Positions 25,663 to 40,958 are shown, counted from the stretch's first letter. The stretch is DNA of 64,000 bases from Octopus vulgaris (GCA_951406725.2 OX597839.1:3348001-3412000); one strand, 5' to 3'. Notes: generated by a model from the sequence alone, not told the origin. Made by a program: numbers and translations.

Positions 25663-26970
25663 TTAATGGTAAACTTCGACAAAAGGCATTCCATACACAG
25701 AAAATTCCATAGTTCTTGCCATCTTTGATAAACCTTCTGTTTCTATATGATTTTGGTATATTTCTTCGGGAAATATCAATCCTTTTCTGTGACAGTCTCC
25801 TCGAACGAGAAGACTGCAGCCACCAACGCCGTCTATGGGTACCAGACGACCCTCTGCACGCAGGTGAGGTAAATACAGCCGATTTGAGGGACCGTATCCC
25901 TCTAGAACCAATTGGTTTGGCGGTAGGTGTTTTTGCTTTTCCCATGATAAATTTGTCTCCCGCCAAGTGTTCTTATCATAAACTCTTGTGTTGACTCCAT
26001 CATGAAAAAGGCAAGATGGAACTACAACATCCTTGTCAGCTGAGATTAGCTGCTGAACCAAGTCACCGGGTATGCGTGACACGTCGCTGTCAATCCACAT
26101 GACCCATGTTTCGTCTTTCAGACTGTTCCGTAAGAGGAGATTACGTGATTTCGCCAGATGGCTGCGCCGTGACAACTGCATTGCGTGATCATGCACGACA
26201 CTCCATCGCCCAGTTATTTGACCAGTTAAGTTAAAGTGAAACAGCCTGGCTGTTTTGAATATGCGGGACAGTTCCTCAACAACACCCTTTGCCACAATCA
26301 ACGTTTCGTCAGTGCTACAGTCCTCACCGAGTGCCACTGATACCAGGTGGCGAGGATAGGTCAAATTCTTCAGTAGATTAGTATAGTGATTCAAATGATC
26401 AGCGACATTATGAATTGGAGTCAAAATAAGAACTTCTTCTGTGTATTCTCGTTTTGGTAACGTTAAGAAATGATTTATCACAGGTTTTGGTATATAAGGA
26501 ACTGTGTCATCAACAGACACAGGGGGCACATCAGGTATATGAAAACGTTTTGGAAAATTGTCTTTTTTCAAGGCCTCTTCTTTTACATGTTTTGTTTCGT
26601 GAAAACTTTTTGGATTAGATTGCTTGATATCAGAATTTAATTTTTTAGTAACATTTTTTGGGATTACATTTTGGTGCGTCGTCATCTGTTTGGAATGTAA
26701 TTTAGAAATATTTTTTGCCAATGTAGAAGCTGTGACGACATTGCGGTTAGTGTGCCACGCAGCGTTGCCATGTTGGGAACTTGTCTGCCGAGTAGTTGCA
26801 TGGCGCAGTAAATCTTCTGGCAAAGACTTCCTGATGAGCTGGAAATTTGAAACAGCTATTATCCTCAGATGTGAACCAAGCAAAGCGTAGACCAAACAGC
26901 AGAGCAGAATGATTATTGCTAAGCTCCCACAGAAACTCCGTCGGTTGGAGAATCTCCTGACGATATACAT
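25663..26970 (-). CDS. Anp1/Mnn9/Van1-like (GT62, GT-A fold) type II membrane glycosyltransferase, 435 aa, CDS in one exon
   Basis: Short basic N-tail, one TM helix (LAIIILLCCLVYALLG), a stem region, then VLILTPIHN, LTYPRHLVSVALGEDCSTD, RRSHLAKSRNLLL, the DxD motif WVMWIDSDV, YDKNTW, DGVGGCSLLV and HIETEGLSKMA, matching the Anp1-family motif order. A splice acceptor (ttcgttacag) lies at about 27097 in the 5' UTR. Confidence 0.88.
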   Translation of the reverse strand: MYIVRRFSNRRSFCGSLAIIILLCCLVYALLGSHLRIIAVSNFQLIRKSLPEDLLRHATTRQTSSQHGNAAWHTNRNVVTASTLAKNISKLHSKQMTTHQNVIPKNVTKKLNSDIKQSNPKSFHETKHVKEEALKKDNFPKRFHIPDVPPVSVDDTVPYIPKPVINHFLTLPKREYTEEVLILTPIHNVADHLNHYTNLLKNLTYPRHLVSVALGEDCSTDETLIVAKGVVEELSRIFKTARLFHFNLTGQITGRWSVVHDHAMQLSRRSHLAKSRNLLLRNSLKDETWVMWIDSDVSRIPGDLVQQLISADKDVVVPSCLFHDGVNTRVYDKNTWRETNLSWEKQKHLPPNQLVLEGYGPSNRLYLPHLRAEGRLVPIDGVGGCSLLVRGDCHRKGLIFPEEIYQNHIETEGLSKMARTMEFSVYGMPFVEVYH

Positions 26971-28026
26971 TTGCTAGCTGACATTCAAAGAGCTTGAATG
27001 CTGGTGGTGACAGGAAATGAGTATTAGAATGTCTGGATTAGAACCGTCTTCGATGCTGCTCTGTTCGTCTGCCAGATGTGTTGGCCAGGATGACGTCTGT
27101 AACGAAAGAAGACAAAAAAAATGTAAATAAAGATGTGAGAATTGTGCGTGAATTAGTGAACGGCAGCAAATGAAATTTTGTCGAGAGAATTATGAGAGTT
27201 CACCGTTTATTGACTACGAAAAATTGTTTAATATTTGGACAGAGGCTTATACGAACTAATATTAAACTATTTTTTTTTTATTGTCAATATACGGTGAAGG
27301 CTCATAATTCTGTTTACAAAATATAACTAAACAATAAAAAAGAAAAAAAAACAACAACAAATATACTGTAAATATTAATTTGACTCTCATCACACTGGCA
27401 CTCACCCATTTCTACTCTGTCTATTACACACACACACACACACACACGCACGCACATATACACACGCACATATACACACGCACATATACACACGCACATA
27501 TACACACGTACACATATACATGCCCTCACTCTTATTTCTTTCACTTAAACATTCTATCTCACACAGTCATACACACACACACGCTGATGTTCCAACGTAG
27601 TCTTCTATTTTACAACTATATACACCTCACTCTCTCTCTCTCTCTCTCTCTCCCTCTCTCTCTCTCTCTCTCACTCCTAGTTTCACTCACTGCCATTCTT
27701 CCTCACCCCCCTCTCTCACATTTCCATCCATTTTTTTTCTCTTTCTTTACCAGGTTTCATGCGGTCGCCCCCCTCCCATCATATTTCTCTTACAATCCTT
27801 CTCTGTCTCCCAATCTTCCTCTACCTCTCCCCCTCTCTCTTTCTCTCTCCAATTCACTTTCTCTCCGCCTCTCTCTCTCTCTCTCTCTTCCAACCCCACT
27901 CATCCTACCCCTCACATCGTATTCCACAAGGGTCTTTTTTAAATAAACTAATTTATCTGACATTGTTTTCATTTATTCCAGGCAATTTGTACGATAGTCG
28001 TGATAATGGAAACGGTATAGTAGAGT

Positions 28027-28465
28027 TGGGCGGTGGTGGTGGTGGTGGTGGAGATAGCGGTGGTGGTGGTAGTGGTGGCGGCGGTGGTGGTAGTGGTGGT
28101 GGTGGTGATGGAGGTGGTAGAGATGGTGGTGGCGGCGGCGGTGGTAATGGTGGTAGAGGTGATAGCGGTGCTTGTGGTACTGGTGGTAGTGGTGATGGTG
28201 GCGGCGGTGGTGGTGGTGGTGGAAGTTATGGTGGTAGCAATGGTGATGGCAGCGGTGGCGGTGGTAGTGGTGTTGGTGGCGGCGGCGGTGATAGTGTCGG
28301 CAGCAGCGCTGGTGGTGGTGGTGGTGGCGGCGGTGCTGGTGGCGGTGGCGTCGGTAGTGGTGGTCATCTACGAACATATAGCGGATGGTGTTAAGATGGC
28401 TGGTAGTCTACTCTGGTGCAGGGTGGTTGTGGCAGCAGCAATGGCGGCGGCGGTGATGATGGTCT
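28027..28465 (+). repeat. (GGT/GGC)n degenerate trinucleotide tract
   Basis: G-rich triplet run that produces the spurious poly-G/V/T/H ORFs. Confidence 0.9.
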
Positions 28466-30789
28466 AGTGTACTTTAAGCGGCGGGTGGTATGCCCTACTG
28501 TATGTCGATGGTAAGTGCACTATAGCTGTAAGCTAATGATGTACAATGGCGTAGATTTATAATGGCGTACTATGTTCTTTTCTACTCTAGACACAAGGCC
28601 TGAAACTTTTTGGGAGGGGGCCAGTCGATTAGATCAACCCCAGTACGTAACTGGTACTTAAATTATCGACCCCAAAAGGATGAAAGGCAAAGTCGACCTC
28701 GGCGGAATTTGAACCCAGAACGTAACGGCAGATCAAATACCTATTTCTTTACTACACACAAGGGGCTAAACACAGAGAGGACAAACAAGGACAGACAAAC
28801 GGATTAAGTCGATTACTTCGACTCTAGTGCGTAACTGGTACTTATTTAATCGACCCCGAAAGGATGAAAGGCAAAGTCGACCTCGGCGGAATTCGAACCC
28901 AGAACGTAACGGCAGATCAAATACCTATTTCTTTACTACCCACAAGTGGCTAAACACAGAGATTACAAACAAGGACAGACAAACGGATTAAGTCGATTAT
29001 ATCGACCCCAGTGCATAACTGGTACTTAATTTATCGACCCCGAAAGGATGAAAGGCAAAGTCGACCTCGGCGGATTTTGAACTCAGAACGTAACGGCAGA
29101 CGAAATACCGCTAAGCATGTCGCCCGGCGTGCTAACGATTCTGCCAGCTCGCCGCGCTACAATATTGTCTTGCATAATATAGATACGGTGGAGACACATG
29201 GCTTAATGGTTAGGGCGTTGGACTCATGATCGTAAGATTGGGGTTTCGATTCCTGGACTGGTCGATGCATTGTGTTCTTGAGCAAAATACTTTATTTCAC
29301 TTTACTCCAGTCCTCTCAGCTGAGAATTATGAATAATCCAGCGACACACCGCTGCCCCACCCAGCGAGGAGCGTGTATACGCTAGAGAAACTGGCACTAT
29401 ACTCCTTATGGTGTGGTGTGGGTTACTCTACTCTTTTACTTGTTTCAGTCATTTGACTGCGGCCATGCTGGAGCACCGCCTTTAGTCGAGCAACTCGACC
29501 CCAGGACGTATTCTTTATAAGCCTAGTACTTATTCTATCGGTCTCTCTTTCGCCGCACCGCTAAGTTACGGGGACGTAAGCACACTAGCATCGGTTGTCA
29601 AGCGATATTGGTGGGGGAACAAACACAGACACACAAACACACACACACATATACATATATACGACGGGCTTCTTTCAGTTTCCGTCTACCAAATCCACTC
29701 ACAAGGATTTGGTTGGCCTGAGGCTATAGTAGAAGATACTTGCCCAAGGTGCCACACAGTGGGACTGAACCCGGAACCATGTGGTTTGTATGCAAGCTAC
29801 TTACCACACAGCCACTATGGATCTTCGCCAGTTTCTTCGATGAGTATCCAATTGTTCAATCAGATGAAACACCTGCTGACTGAATCGGCGTATAAATCAC
29901 TGAATATTCCGAGGACATATCTACCCTTAACGTTATCTTCAAACATGAATTAGCTTGACAATGTGTGGTAAGGCCATTCTTTTAAATTACAGGTACAAAT
30001 CTACCCGGCGAGCTGGCAGAATCGTTAGCACGCCGGGCGACATGCTTAGCGGTATTTCGACTGCCGCTACATTCTGAGTTCAAATTCCGCCGAGGTCGAC
30101 TTTGCCTTTCATCCTTTCGGGGTCGATAAATTAAGTACCAGTTACGCACTGGGGTCGATATAATCGACTTAATCCGTTTGTCTGTCCTTGTTCGTCCCTT
30201 CTGTGTTTAGCCCCCTGTGGGTTGTAAAGAAATAGGTATTTCGTCTGCCGTTACGTTGTGAGTTCAAATTCCGCCGAGGTCGATTTTGCCTTTCATCCTT
30301 TCGGGGTCGATAAATTAAGTACCAGTTACGCACTGGGGTCGATATAATCGACTTAATGCGTTTCTAACAATTTCTCTCGACTCAGTTTCTCTCGCAAGGC
30401 TTGGACAGCACTAGATTAACCATTAAAGAAAAAAAAAAGAAAAAAAAAGAAAAAGCATATGCACCTGTGTATATATGTGTGTGCATAGGACATCAAGGGA
30501 AGGGGAGGGGGCACCAGAGAAATGGTTAATGGTTCACTGCACAAAAGAAATCATTTTAAATTTGCTAAAATAATATTCAAAGCGGTTTAAATGATCGGAA
30601 ATATAATTTCGACGTGTTCATGGTGTCATAGTAAAGACCTGATCAAAGAATTTACAATTAAAAAAGGAGGCGGAAGAAAACTTTCCAGATATAAATAAAG
30701 TGGAAGAACACAAAAATAAACATTAATTTCCGACTTTACTGTGGAATTTTGTTTTATTTTCAAAAATAAAAAATTTATTTTACGGCTTA

Positions 30790-30900
30790 TTATTGTTTAG
30801 ATTTTGAATTGCATATCAAGAAGCATTTGTGTTACGTAAGATTAATTTTGAGGATCTAATCAAAGACTTCGCAACTAAAAAAAAGTAGGAGAAAACCTTT
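30790..30900 (+). mobile_element. hAT transposase C-terminal relic
   Basis: Translates LRKINFEDLIKDFATKK, resembling the end of the hAT dimerization domain. Confidence 0.45.
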
Positions 30901-31107
30901 CAAATATTACTCTTTTACTTGTTTCAGTTATTTGACTGTGGCCACGCTGGAGCACCGCCTTTAGTCGAGCAAATCGACCCCCAGCACTTATTCTTTGTAA
31001 GCCTTGTACTTATTCTATCGGTCTTCTTTTGCCGAACCGCTAAGTTACGGGGACGTAAACACACCAGCATCGGTTGTCAAGCGATGTTGAGAGACAAACA
31101 TAGACAC

Positions 31108-31141
<34 letters not shown>

Positions 31142-31331
31142 TATATACGACGGGCTTCTTTCAGTTTCTGTCTACCAAATCCACTCACAAGGCTTTGGTC
31201 GACCCTGAGGCTATAGTAGAAGACACTTGCCCAAGGTGCAACGCAGTGGGACTGAACCCCAAACCATGTGGTTGGTAAGCAAGCTACTTACCACACAGCC
31301 ACACAGTTTAAAATTTTGTAATTTGAAACGC

Positions 31332-31366
<35 letters not shown>

Positions 31367-31558
31367 TTATAAAATGAGATAGGGGTTGAAAATTCAACCC
31401 ACCATGGGATAATATATATCCAATATACTGCTAGATAGGTACCCAACAAAATTAATACATAGATGTTAAAAATTGTCAAGCAATCAGTTCATCTATTGTA
31501 TTAAATGGGTAAAGGTAATAATATTACCGTAGTATTAATTTTGTACTCTAATTTTGTA

Positions 31559-31611
<53 letters not shown>

Positions 31612-32032
31612 CATATATATTAGGGACGTGCCGCCTAGGTAGGCAAGGTAGGCAGTGCCTTCCTGAATAAAATAGACCAATAGCAATATTTTCCTTTTAT
31701 AGCAAAATATACACCTAATTCAACAAAAGTATGAAGGTTATTCTGATAACTATAAATAAAGTGCAAGATATTTTATTCTTTTGTAGATTAGGTAGGCATA
31801 ATTCACCCCTGCCTTTCAATCTCCGTATTTAAGCTGCGCATAGTAGTGCTGTAGTACACATGCTGCGGACACTCCTACAACACCGTTTTCTTCACGTGCT
31901 ATAAAAGCAGAAGTAAATCTGCCTTCAACTCAGTCGCGCACCTGTGTTTCGCTTATTTTTTTTTGTGTGTTTTACTACATGAAGGTCATGAACTGCTTAC
32001 CCTGTGTAACTACTGATTGAATGTGCCTGATT

Positions 32033-32092
<60 letters not shown>

Positions 32093-32214
32093 TATGAATA
32101 TCTATATACATTTATATATACACATGTGTGTAATATGTACATGTATATTTTTACAAACACACACATATATACAGTTACATGTATGCACACATATATACCT
32201 TTTTATTTATACAA

Positions 32215-32309
<95 letters not shown>

Positions 32310-32673
32310 AGTGAGAAAGAGAGAGAGAGACGAAAGAAAGAGAGAGAAAACGAGAGAAAAGGGAAACTGCTTGAAAAAACACGGATAAGAATTTCACTCA
32401 CAATTCTTTGGCCAACTCGAAACTATGGTAAATAGCACATGTCCAAAGTTCCCGGCAGAAAGAACGCGAGTAAGAACGCGTTCTCGAAAGAGTGCTAATA
32501 AAGAAACGTCAGAACGAATTCTATATATTTTTCTATAAAAGAACAGCGGGAAGAATTTGCTTAGGAAAGAATATCAGAAAGAATTGCCAGGAAGATACTA
32601 GAGAAAGAACTTCTGCAAGAACGCTAGAAAAGAACAAAAAAAACCCAAACCAAAAAAAAAAAAAAAAAAAAAA

Positions 32674-32711
<38 letters not shown>

Positions 32712-33129
32712 CAGCACAACAATAAAAAGCAAAGAAACAAAAACCAAAAGATTGAAGACGAATCACAATGAAAGCTAGAAAGCTGCAAGAGCTGCTGAAC
32801 TCTGAAAAACAATCAATGAATGAATGAATGTTACATCTTACAAAATACAACCAATATCTCTCAAAGATGCAAGGAAGTATGAAAGAAGCTGTAAAAAAAA
32901 AAAAAAAATGGTAGAGGGGTGGGTGGGTGGCGTGAGCAAGGGGGAGGGCGAGTGGAGGTGGTGATGGTGGTGGTGGTGGTGGTGGTGTTGGGTGGTGGTG
33001 GGTGGTGATGGTAAATGACGGAACAATAAATATATGAATTTCAAAGTAGAAATGAATCTTAATTTCATTTTCTTTATCCTCCCCCTCCTGCCACTCCTCC
33101 TCCTCCGCCCCATTATCATTACTATTACT

Positions 33130-33164
<35 letters not shown>

Positions 33165-33981
33165 TATCAACCTCAACTTCATCGTCGACATCTTCATAAT
33201 TATTATCAATAACGTCAACATTATCATCATTGACACCACCGTCATCATCGTCATCATCATCATTATTATTATAAATTATTATTAATTGTTTTATTCTCCT
33301 CCTCCTCATCATCATCATCATCGTCATCATCATCATCGTCATCATCATCATTATTATTAATTATTATTGTTTTATTCTCCTCCTCTCCTCCCTCTTCCTC
33401 CTCCTCCTCCTCCTCCTCCTCCTCATCAACATCATCATCATTATATCATTACCGCCACCACCACCACCACTACTGTTATTATTTATTATTTTATTTATTA
33501 TTTACTTGAAAAAAAAATTTTTCTTTTGTGGGGTGGGGGGAATTCTTTCTTCGTTTTCTCTTTTAGTTATTTAAGAGATTATGAATGTATCAAACAAATA
33601 GCAAAGCTGAAAGCAATTTATTTTAATCTCTTTAGAAAAGATGTCTTAATAAGCGTTAAAGTAAGGGTGGAGGCTCTTTAATTCCTTCTTTCTTTCTTTC
33701 TCTCTTTCCTTCTTTCCTCCTCCCTCACTGACTGCCTTTCCATTTTATTTATGAATCTCTTTATTGTGGCAAGCGATACGATGGGGGGGGGGGGATGTAA
33801 CCAGTATTCTCTTAAAAAGTTTAAACACTTTATGAAATTAATAAAATGTATGTTAATAAACAAGGAAACCTAATATCTATCTATCTATCTATCTATCTAT
33901 TTATCTATCTATATGTATGTATATATGTATTATGTTTATCTATCTATAAATATATATATATGTATATGTATGTATGTTTCC

Positions 33982-34017
<36 letters not shown>

Positions 34018-34042
34018 GTATATATATATGTATGTATGTTTA

Positions 34043-34124
<82 letters not shown>

Positions 34125-34196
34125 GTGTTTATCTATCTATCTATAAATATATATATATATATATGTATATGTATGCATGTATGTATGTATGTTTCC

Positions 34197-34256
<60 letters not shown>

Positions 34257-34762
34257 ATGTCTGTCTGTCTATCTATCTATATTTATGCATATGTGCTTAG
34301 AGCTAGTTGGTTCAAAATTCGAAACCACTGTTATTTATCCCTCTTGTAAAAACATGGTAAATAAGCAATAAACTCTACAAAGAAGTGTTAATTGTTCAGT
34401 CTAATGTTAAATTGTTTTTATAATAACTCAACCCAAAAACAAACATTAATACGTACATGCACACACACACATCTACACACACACGCTCACATGTTGGGGT
34501 TAGGATTGTGAGATGTAGAATTTGCGGTCCGACTGGGATGACGATATATTCTTGTTTCAGTCATTTGACTGCGGCCATGCTGAAGCACCGCCTTTAGTCG
34601 AGCAAATCGATCCCCAGGACTTATTCTTTGGAAGCCTAGTACTTATTCTTTGTAAGCCTAGTACTTATTCTATCGGTCTTCTTTTGCCGAACCGCTAAGT
34701 GACGGGAACGTTAACACACCAGTATCGGTTGTCAAGCGATATTGGAGAGACAAACGCAGACA

Positions 34763-34799
<37 letters not shown>

Positions 34800-35169
34800 T
34801 ATATTTCAGTTTCCGTCTACCAAATCCACTCACAAGGCTTTGGTCGACCCTGTGGCTATAGTAGAAGACACTTGTCCAAGGTGCCACGCAGTGGGACTGA
34901 ACCCGGAAGCATGTGGTTGGTAAGCAAACTACTTATCACAAGGCCACTCCGTTTAAAATTTTGTAATTTGAAACGCCTTCTATGTAAGCAAAGAGAGGAT
35001 GTTTCCAATTTTACATCGTGTTTATAAAACGGCAAAGTCAATACTTTTATCTTCTCTACAAGGAAGGGTTTATAATTGCTGTTTCCCCCATTTATATTCA
35101 TTAGTTTTAGTAATAATACTCCAGCTTACGAATGGGTTAGTCATTCCGCGATCCTTATCCATATATATT

Positions 35170-35880
35170 TATATAATGATGTTGCGTAACGTATGTTTTT
35201 CTCTCTAAATGAAGCCAAATGTGAATCTCTCCTTAAATGTTTTTCCCTGTGTGTTCAGTATTGATTTTTAATTGTGCTTTTTACATCGGAGTTGTTGTCT
35301 CTGTACACCACTTCCTTCTCAGAGCATTTGTTGTTCAAAGGATAACGATCGGGTGATTTTTAGCGACTTGAACATTGTGTAGACTTGCTTATGTTCATTT
35401 TCATTTTTTCGTTGCTGTGATTGAATATTTGTGAACCCATATTAGAGGAGCAACTATAACTTACTTTAAAAATATTTCTGTTGAATATTCTGTGATATCT
35501 ATACGCTGGTGAGAAGTGAGTGTTGACCAGGGTGAGGAAACGTTTAACTAGTTTGTAGCTATGTTCATACTATACGGTGGATTAAACCACTGGATCTCCC
35601 TATGCCTATTTCTCCTAGATCATGCTGGAGTGGGTTCAATGTAGGTGCTGTCTTCATTGAAGGCGGATCTCGGTAGTGTGTTGTTGTAGTGTGGAGCGGC
35701 TTTATTGAATATGGTTTCGTCTGGATATTATGCGTTTACTTTTGATTTTGGTGATCTGTTTGATAATAGATTGAGGGTAGTTTGAGCCTCAATTACTGAA
35801 GGTGATTTCTTTATTTGGTTTATAGAGACGATATTCGCCTGTTCTAAGTTCCATGGTGATGCCTAGCAGATTGCCTTAAG
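35170..35880 (-). mobile_element. Decayed Penelope-like element ORF fragment (RT C-terminal/linker)
   Basis: Minus-strand translation with stops and frameshifts gives EIQWFNPPYSMNIATN / KRFLTLVNTHFSPAYRYHRIFNRNIFKVSYSCSSNMGSQI, matching the PLE WFNPPYS...KVSYSC signature. Confidence 0.8.
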
Positions 35881-35969
35881 ATTGATTGGTATACTCTTTT
35901 CTCTTTACTCTTTTACAATGTTTCAGTCATTTGACTGTGGCCATGCTGGAGCACACATGCATACATACA

Positions 35970-36003
<34 letters not shown>

Positions 36004-36241
36004 CATACATATATATATACTTATATACGACGGGTTTCTTTCAGTTTCCGTCTACCAAATCCACTCACAAGGCTTTGGTCGGCCCGAGGCTATAGTAGAA
36101 GACACTTGCCCAAAGTGCCACGCAGTGGAACTGAACCCAGAACCATGTGGTTGGTAAACGAGTTACTTACCACACAGCCACTTCTACGCCTACATGTAAA
36201 TAATTTTTGTATGTATGTATGTATGTATGTATGTATGTATG

Positions 36242-36324
<83 letters not shown>

Positions 36325-36800
36325 ATACATTATATGTGTATGTGTATATGTTTGTGTGCAAGTAGGCCTGTGTATGGCCGAGTGTATGTCTGGTGTAAAA
36401 CATTTATTTGTGTCTAATGTATGAGTATACCTAATACACACACACACACATATGTGTTTGTGTATATATACATCATACATACATACATACATACATACAT
36501 ACACACAAATATATATATATATTTACATGTAAATATGTACGTACATATATTTATGCATATATCTATATATGTATGTGTGCGTGTGTATAGTTATATTATA
36601 GATATGTGTGTATGTTGTGTGTGAATAGAGTAGAGAGTGAGGGAGAAGAGAGACAAAGAGCGGGAAAGACAGAAAGAGAGCACATATAACATGTATTAAT
36701 ATATTTCATTTTTTTTTTTAAAGTGAAGTAGCCATATTTTTTTAGACGATAAAAATGTTCAAAAACGAAAGAAACTTCTGTTCAATGAAGTGAAACAATT

Positions 36801-36966
<166 letters not shown>

Positions 36967-37204
36967 ATGTGTATATATATACATACATATATATATATAC
37001 ATATGTGTATATATATACACATATATATATACATATGTGTGTATATATATATATACACACACATGCATACAGACACACACACACACGCACACGTATATAT
37101 GCATACATACGTATATACTTATATGTATATAAACATGAATGCATGATATATTTATATATATATATATATATATACGTATATATGCGTATATGTATATGTC
37201 CATT

Positions 37205-37238
<34 letters not shown>

Positions 37239-37254
37239 AGTATATGTATATATA

Positions 37255-37302
<48 letters not shown>

Positions 37303-37975
37303 AACACACAAAGAATATGTATATACATATGTTTCTGCTTCTACTGTATGGTATGTATGTATGGTATGGTTGATATTAATGAAGTGTTGAGTTGGCGGTG
37401 GAGGTGAATCACATTGCTGTCTAATTGGTTGTAAATCACGTGGACAATTTCGGTGAAGTTAAGGATGAAGAAATCAATAAATGCCAACCAAAATAGGCAA
37501 ATTAAAACAAAGACGGAAAGTTCAGGTGTTTTTCTTTTACTTTTTACCTGTAAAAGAGGCATCCACGCAAATAAGATGTAAACTAGTGATGATGGCAGCG
37601 GTGGTGGTGGTGGTGGTGTTGGTTGTGATGGTGGTGGTGGTGGTGGTGGTGGTGGTGGTGGTGATGGTGGCGGTGGTAGTGTAGGTGGTGATGGCGATGG
37701 TGGTCGCGATGATGGCGGCGGTAGTGGTGGTGGTAGTGGGGGTGATTGGGGTATTACTAGTGACGATAATGATAATTATTGCATTGATGGTGGTTGTAGT
37801 GGTGATGATGATGAGGAGGATAACGACGATGATGACGACGATGATTATAATGACGATGATGATGATGATGACTGTAGTGATCCCTGTGTTGGAGATAATT
37901 ATGATAATACTGACAACGACGATGATAACAATGACAACGACGATGAAATCAATGACAACAACGACGTTTGTGATA

Positions 37976-38011
<36 letters not shown>

Positions 38012-38268
38012 GTGATGACAACGTTCATGTTGCACACACAAAAAAAATAATAATATGATAATGACAAAATGATCACAGTCTGAGATGTGCCAATTCAAAC
38101 ACACATTGAGATGAAGGCTAATCGACCAGAAATTGTTGTCAAGGACCATCAGGAAAGGAAGTGTCACCCAATCGAAGATAGAAGTATCAGTCTCAACAGA
38201 CGATAATGGATGGGAAATACAAAAAAACAAAAACAAAAACAAAAACAAGGAAAAGAAAAGAGAAGGAG

Positions 38269-38320
<52 letters not shown>

Positions 38321-38639
38321 TAATCGAGAGGGAGATGTAGTACAAGCAAAGCAGAAAGGTATGGTGGTAGAGAAGTATAAAACACAAAGAAGCATAAAGA
38401 AGAAAACGAGTCATACATACACACATACGTACGTACATACATACATACATACATACATACATACACACACACATACATACATACATACATACATACATAC
38501 ATACATACATACAAACCGCCATATATATATATACATACATGTGCATACATACATATATACATAAAAACATATATACTATATAAATATTCAAACGTACACA
38601 CACACACACACACATATTAATGTATATATTCATATACAT

Positions 38640-38684
<45 letters not shown>

Positions 38685-38714
38685 CATTCATATATATATG
38701 TATGTATGTATGTA

Positions 38715-38762
<48 letters not shown>

Positions 38763-38946
38763 AAAGAAGGCAAAAAAAGAAACACAAAGAGCATTTCATT
38801 GATAGTGCTAGTGGAAGATGTTTAAAAGTATGCTATTATTTATAGCTTTGTATGTGCTTCGAGATCCAATTCCATAAAGGAATTATTTCATCTTCTCTTG
38901 AAAGTTTATAAACAATACATACACAGACGCCCGCCCGCCTGCACAG

Positions 38947-38985
<39 letters not shown>

Positions 38986-39473
38986 CATGCTCCGATGAAG
39001 CCATAGGATGACACTCAAGTATTCAACTATGTGAGTGCGTCGTATCTTATAGCAGAAACAGCTGTAAGCTAAAGAAGTTCACTACGTTATTGTTTATTCC
39101 ATTGCCATCCTTACAGACGCACGCATACGCACGGGCACACACACACACGCACCCACACACATGCGCGCACACACACGCATACACACACATGTACGCACAC
39201 ACATACACACACGTACGCGCGCGCGCACACACACACACGAATGCACATACAACCATACAAACATACGCACACACACGCACACAGACACACACACATACGC
39301 ACACACGCATACATACACACAAACGTACGCGCGCACACACGCACATACACACATGCACACACACACGCACATACACACACACGCACACACACACACACAT
39401 ACACGCACACACAAACACCCACTCGTAACATTTAAGCAAGTTAAAATGGCTGATCTACATCATTATCATCGTC

Positions 39474-39519
<46 letters not shown>

Positions 39520-39628
39520 TAATAATAATTATAATATTTATAATAATATTTATAATAATAATATTTCTAATAAAAATATGTATAATAATAATAATAATAA
39601 TAATATTTATAATAATAATAATAATATT

Positions 39629-39671
<43 letters not shown>

Positions 39672-39906
39672 TTAATAATAATAATAATAATAATATAATT
39701 ATAATAATAATAACAGTAATGATGATGATGATGATGATATTAACTATTATAATTACTAGTATTATCATCATCATCATATCTTCAACATCATCACTCATCG
39801 TCATCATCATCATCATCAACATCATAATTATTTTCCTGCGTAAAATCAAAACTTGAAATTAAAAAAAAAAGTTTAAAAAAATCAGAGCAGAAAAACAAAA
39901 CAAAAA

Positions 39907-39942
<36 letters not shown>

Positions 39943-40192
39943 AGGAAAGAAAAGAAACACGGATACCATTTCATTGATAGCGTTAGTGGAAGATGTTTAA
40001 ATGTGTTATTGAAACAGTTTCACTTGCAATTGTCTGACATTGTGTTTCTCAAGCAAAGAACGAAAGAAAATCAACAGGAGGTTTGTGATGGAATCGGTAA
40101 AATCTTCACAGAATTTCAATGAAAAAAACCTTTTAGTTTTCATCGAATAATTACTATACTGCTTGCTGCCATGCTTCGTCAACTATCTGCTG

Positions 40193-40243
<51 letters not shown>

Positions 40244-40920
40244 TACGTTTGTGTATGTGTACGTTTGTGTGTGTGTACGTTTGTATGTGTGTCTTGTTTC
40301 TGTGAAACATGCGTCGTTTGTACGTGTGTGTGTGTGATTATGTGGGCATGTGTGTGTGTGCGCGTTTGTGTGTGTGTATATTTGTGTGTGAGTGTGTGTA
40401 TGTTTGTATGTGTGTCTTGTTTCTGTGAAACATGCGTCGTTTGTACGTGTGTGATTATGTGGGTATGTGTGTGTGTGCGCGTTTGTGTGTGTGTACATTT
40501 GTGTGTGAGTGTGTGTACGTTTGTGTGTGTGTGTGCGTGTTTCTGTGATGCATGCGTCGTTTGTACGTGTGTGTGATTATGTGGGTATGTGTGTGTGTGT
40601 GCGTTTGTGTGCGAGTGTGTGTACGTTTTTGTGGGCGTGTTTCTGTGATGCATGCGTCGTTTGTACGTGTGTGTATGTGTGTGATTATGTGGGTATGAGT
40701 GTGTGTGTGTGCATGTGTGTGAGTGTGTGGGCAATTCTGTGTGTTTTTAAGTGCGTGCGTTTGTGTGAGTGAATGTGTATGTGCACGCGTTTGTATGTGT
40801 ATGTACGTGAGTGTGTGTACACGTGCTTATGCGTGTGTGTATGTCTGTCTGTGTGTGTATGTGTGTCTGTTTATGCATGCATGCATGTATGTATGTATAT
40901 GTATTTATATAATGTATGTA

Positions 40921-40958
<38 letters not shown>

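Noticed and set aside
25652-25994. Alternative ORFs overlapping the glycosyltransferase (25652-25966, 25716-25994, 26624-26890)
   Set aside because: Shadow frames of the real CDS with no independent features.
27759-28467. Glycine-rich, His-rich and Thr-rich ORFs
   Set aside because: All frames derive from a (GGT)n tract. A possible acceptor at about 27981 exists, but there is no other coding support.
37370-40200. Unique islands between microsatellites as exons of a further gene
   Set aside because: No consistent reading frame or paired splice sites; could be UTR or intron sequence.
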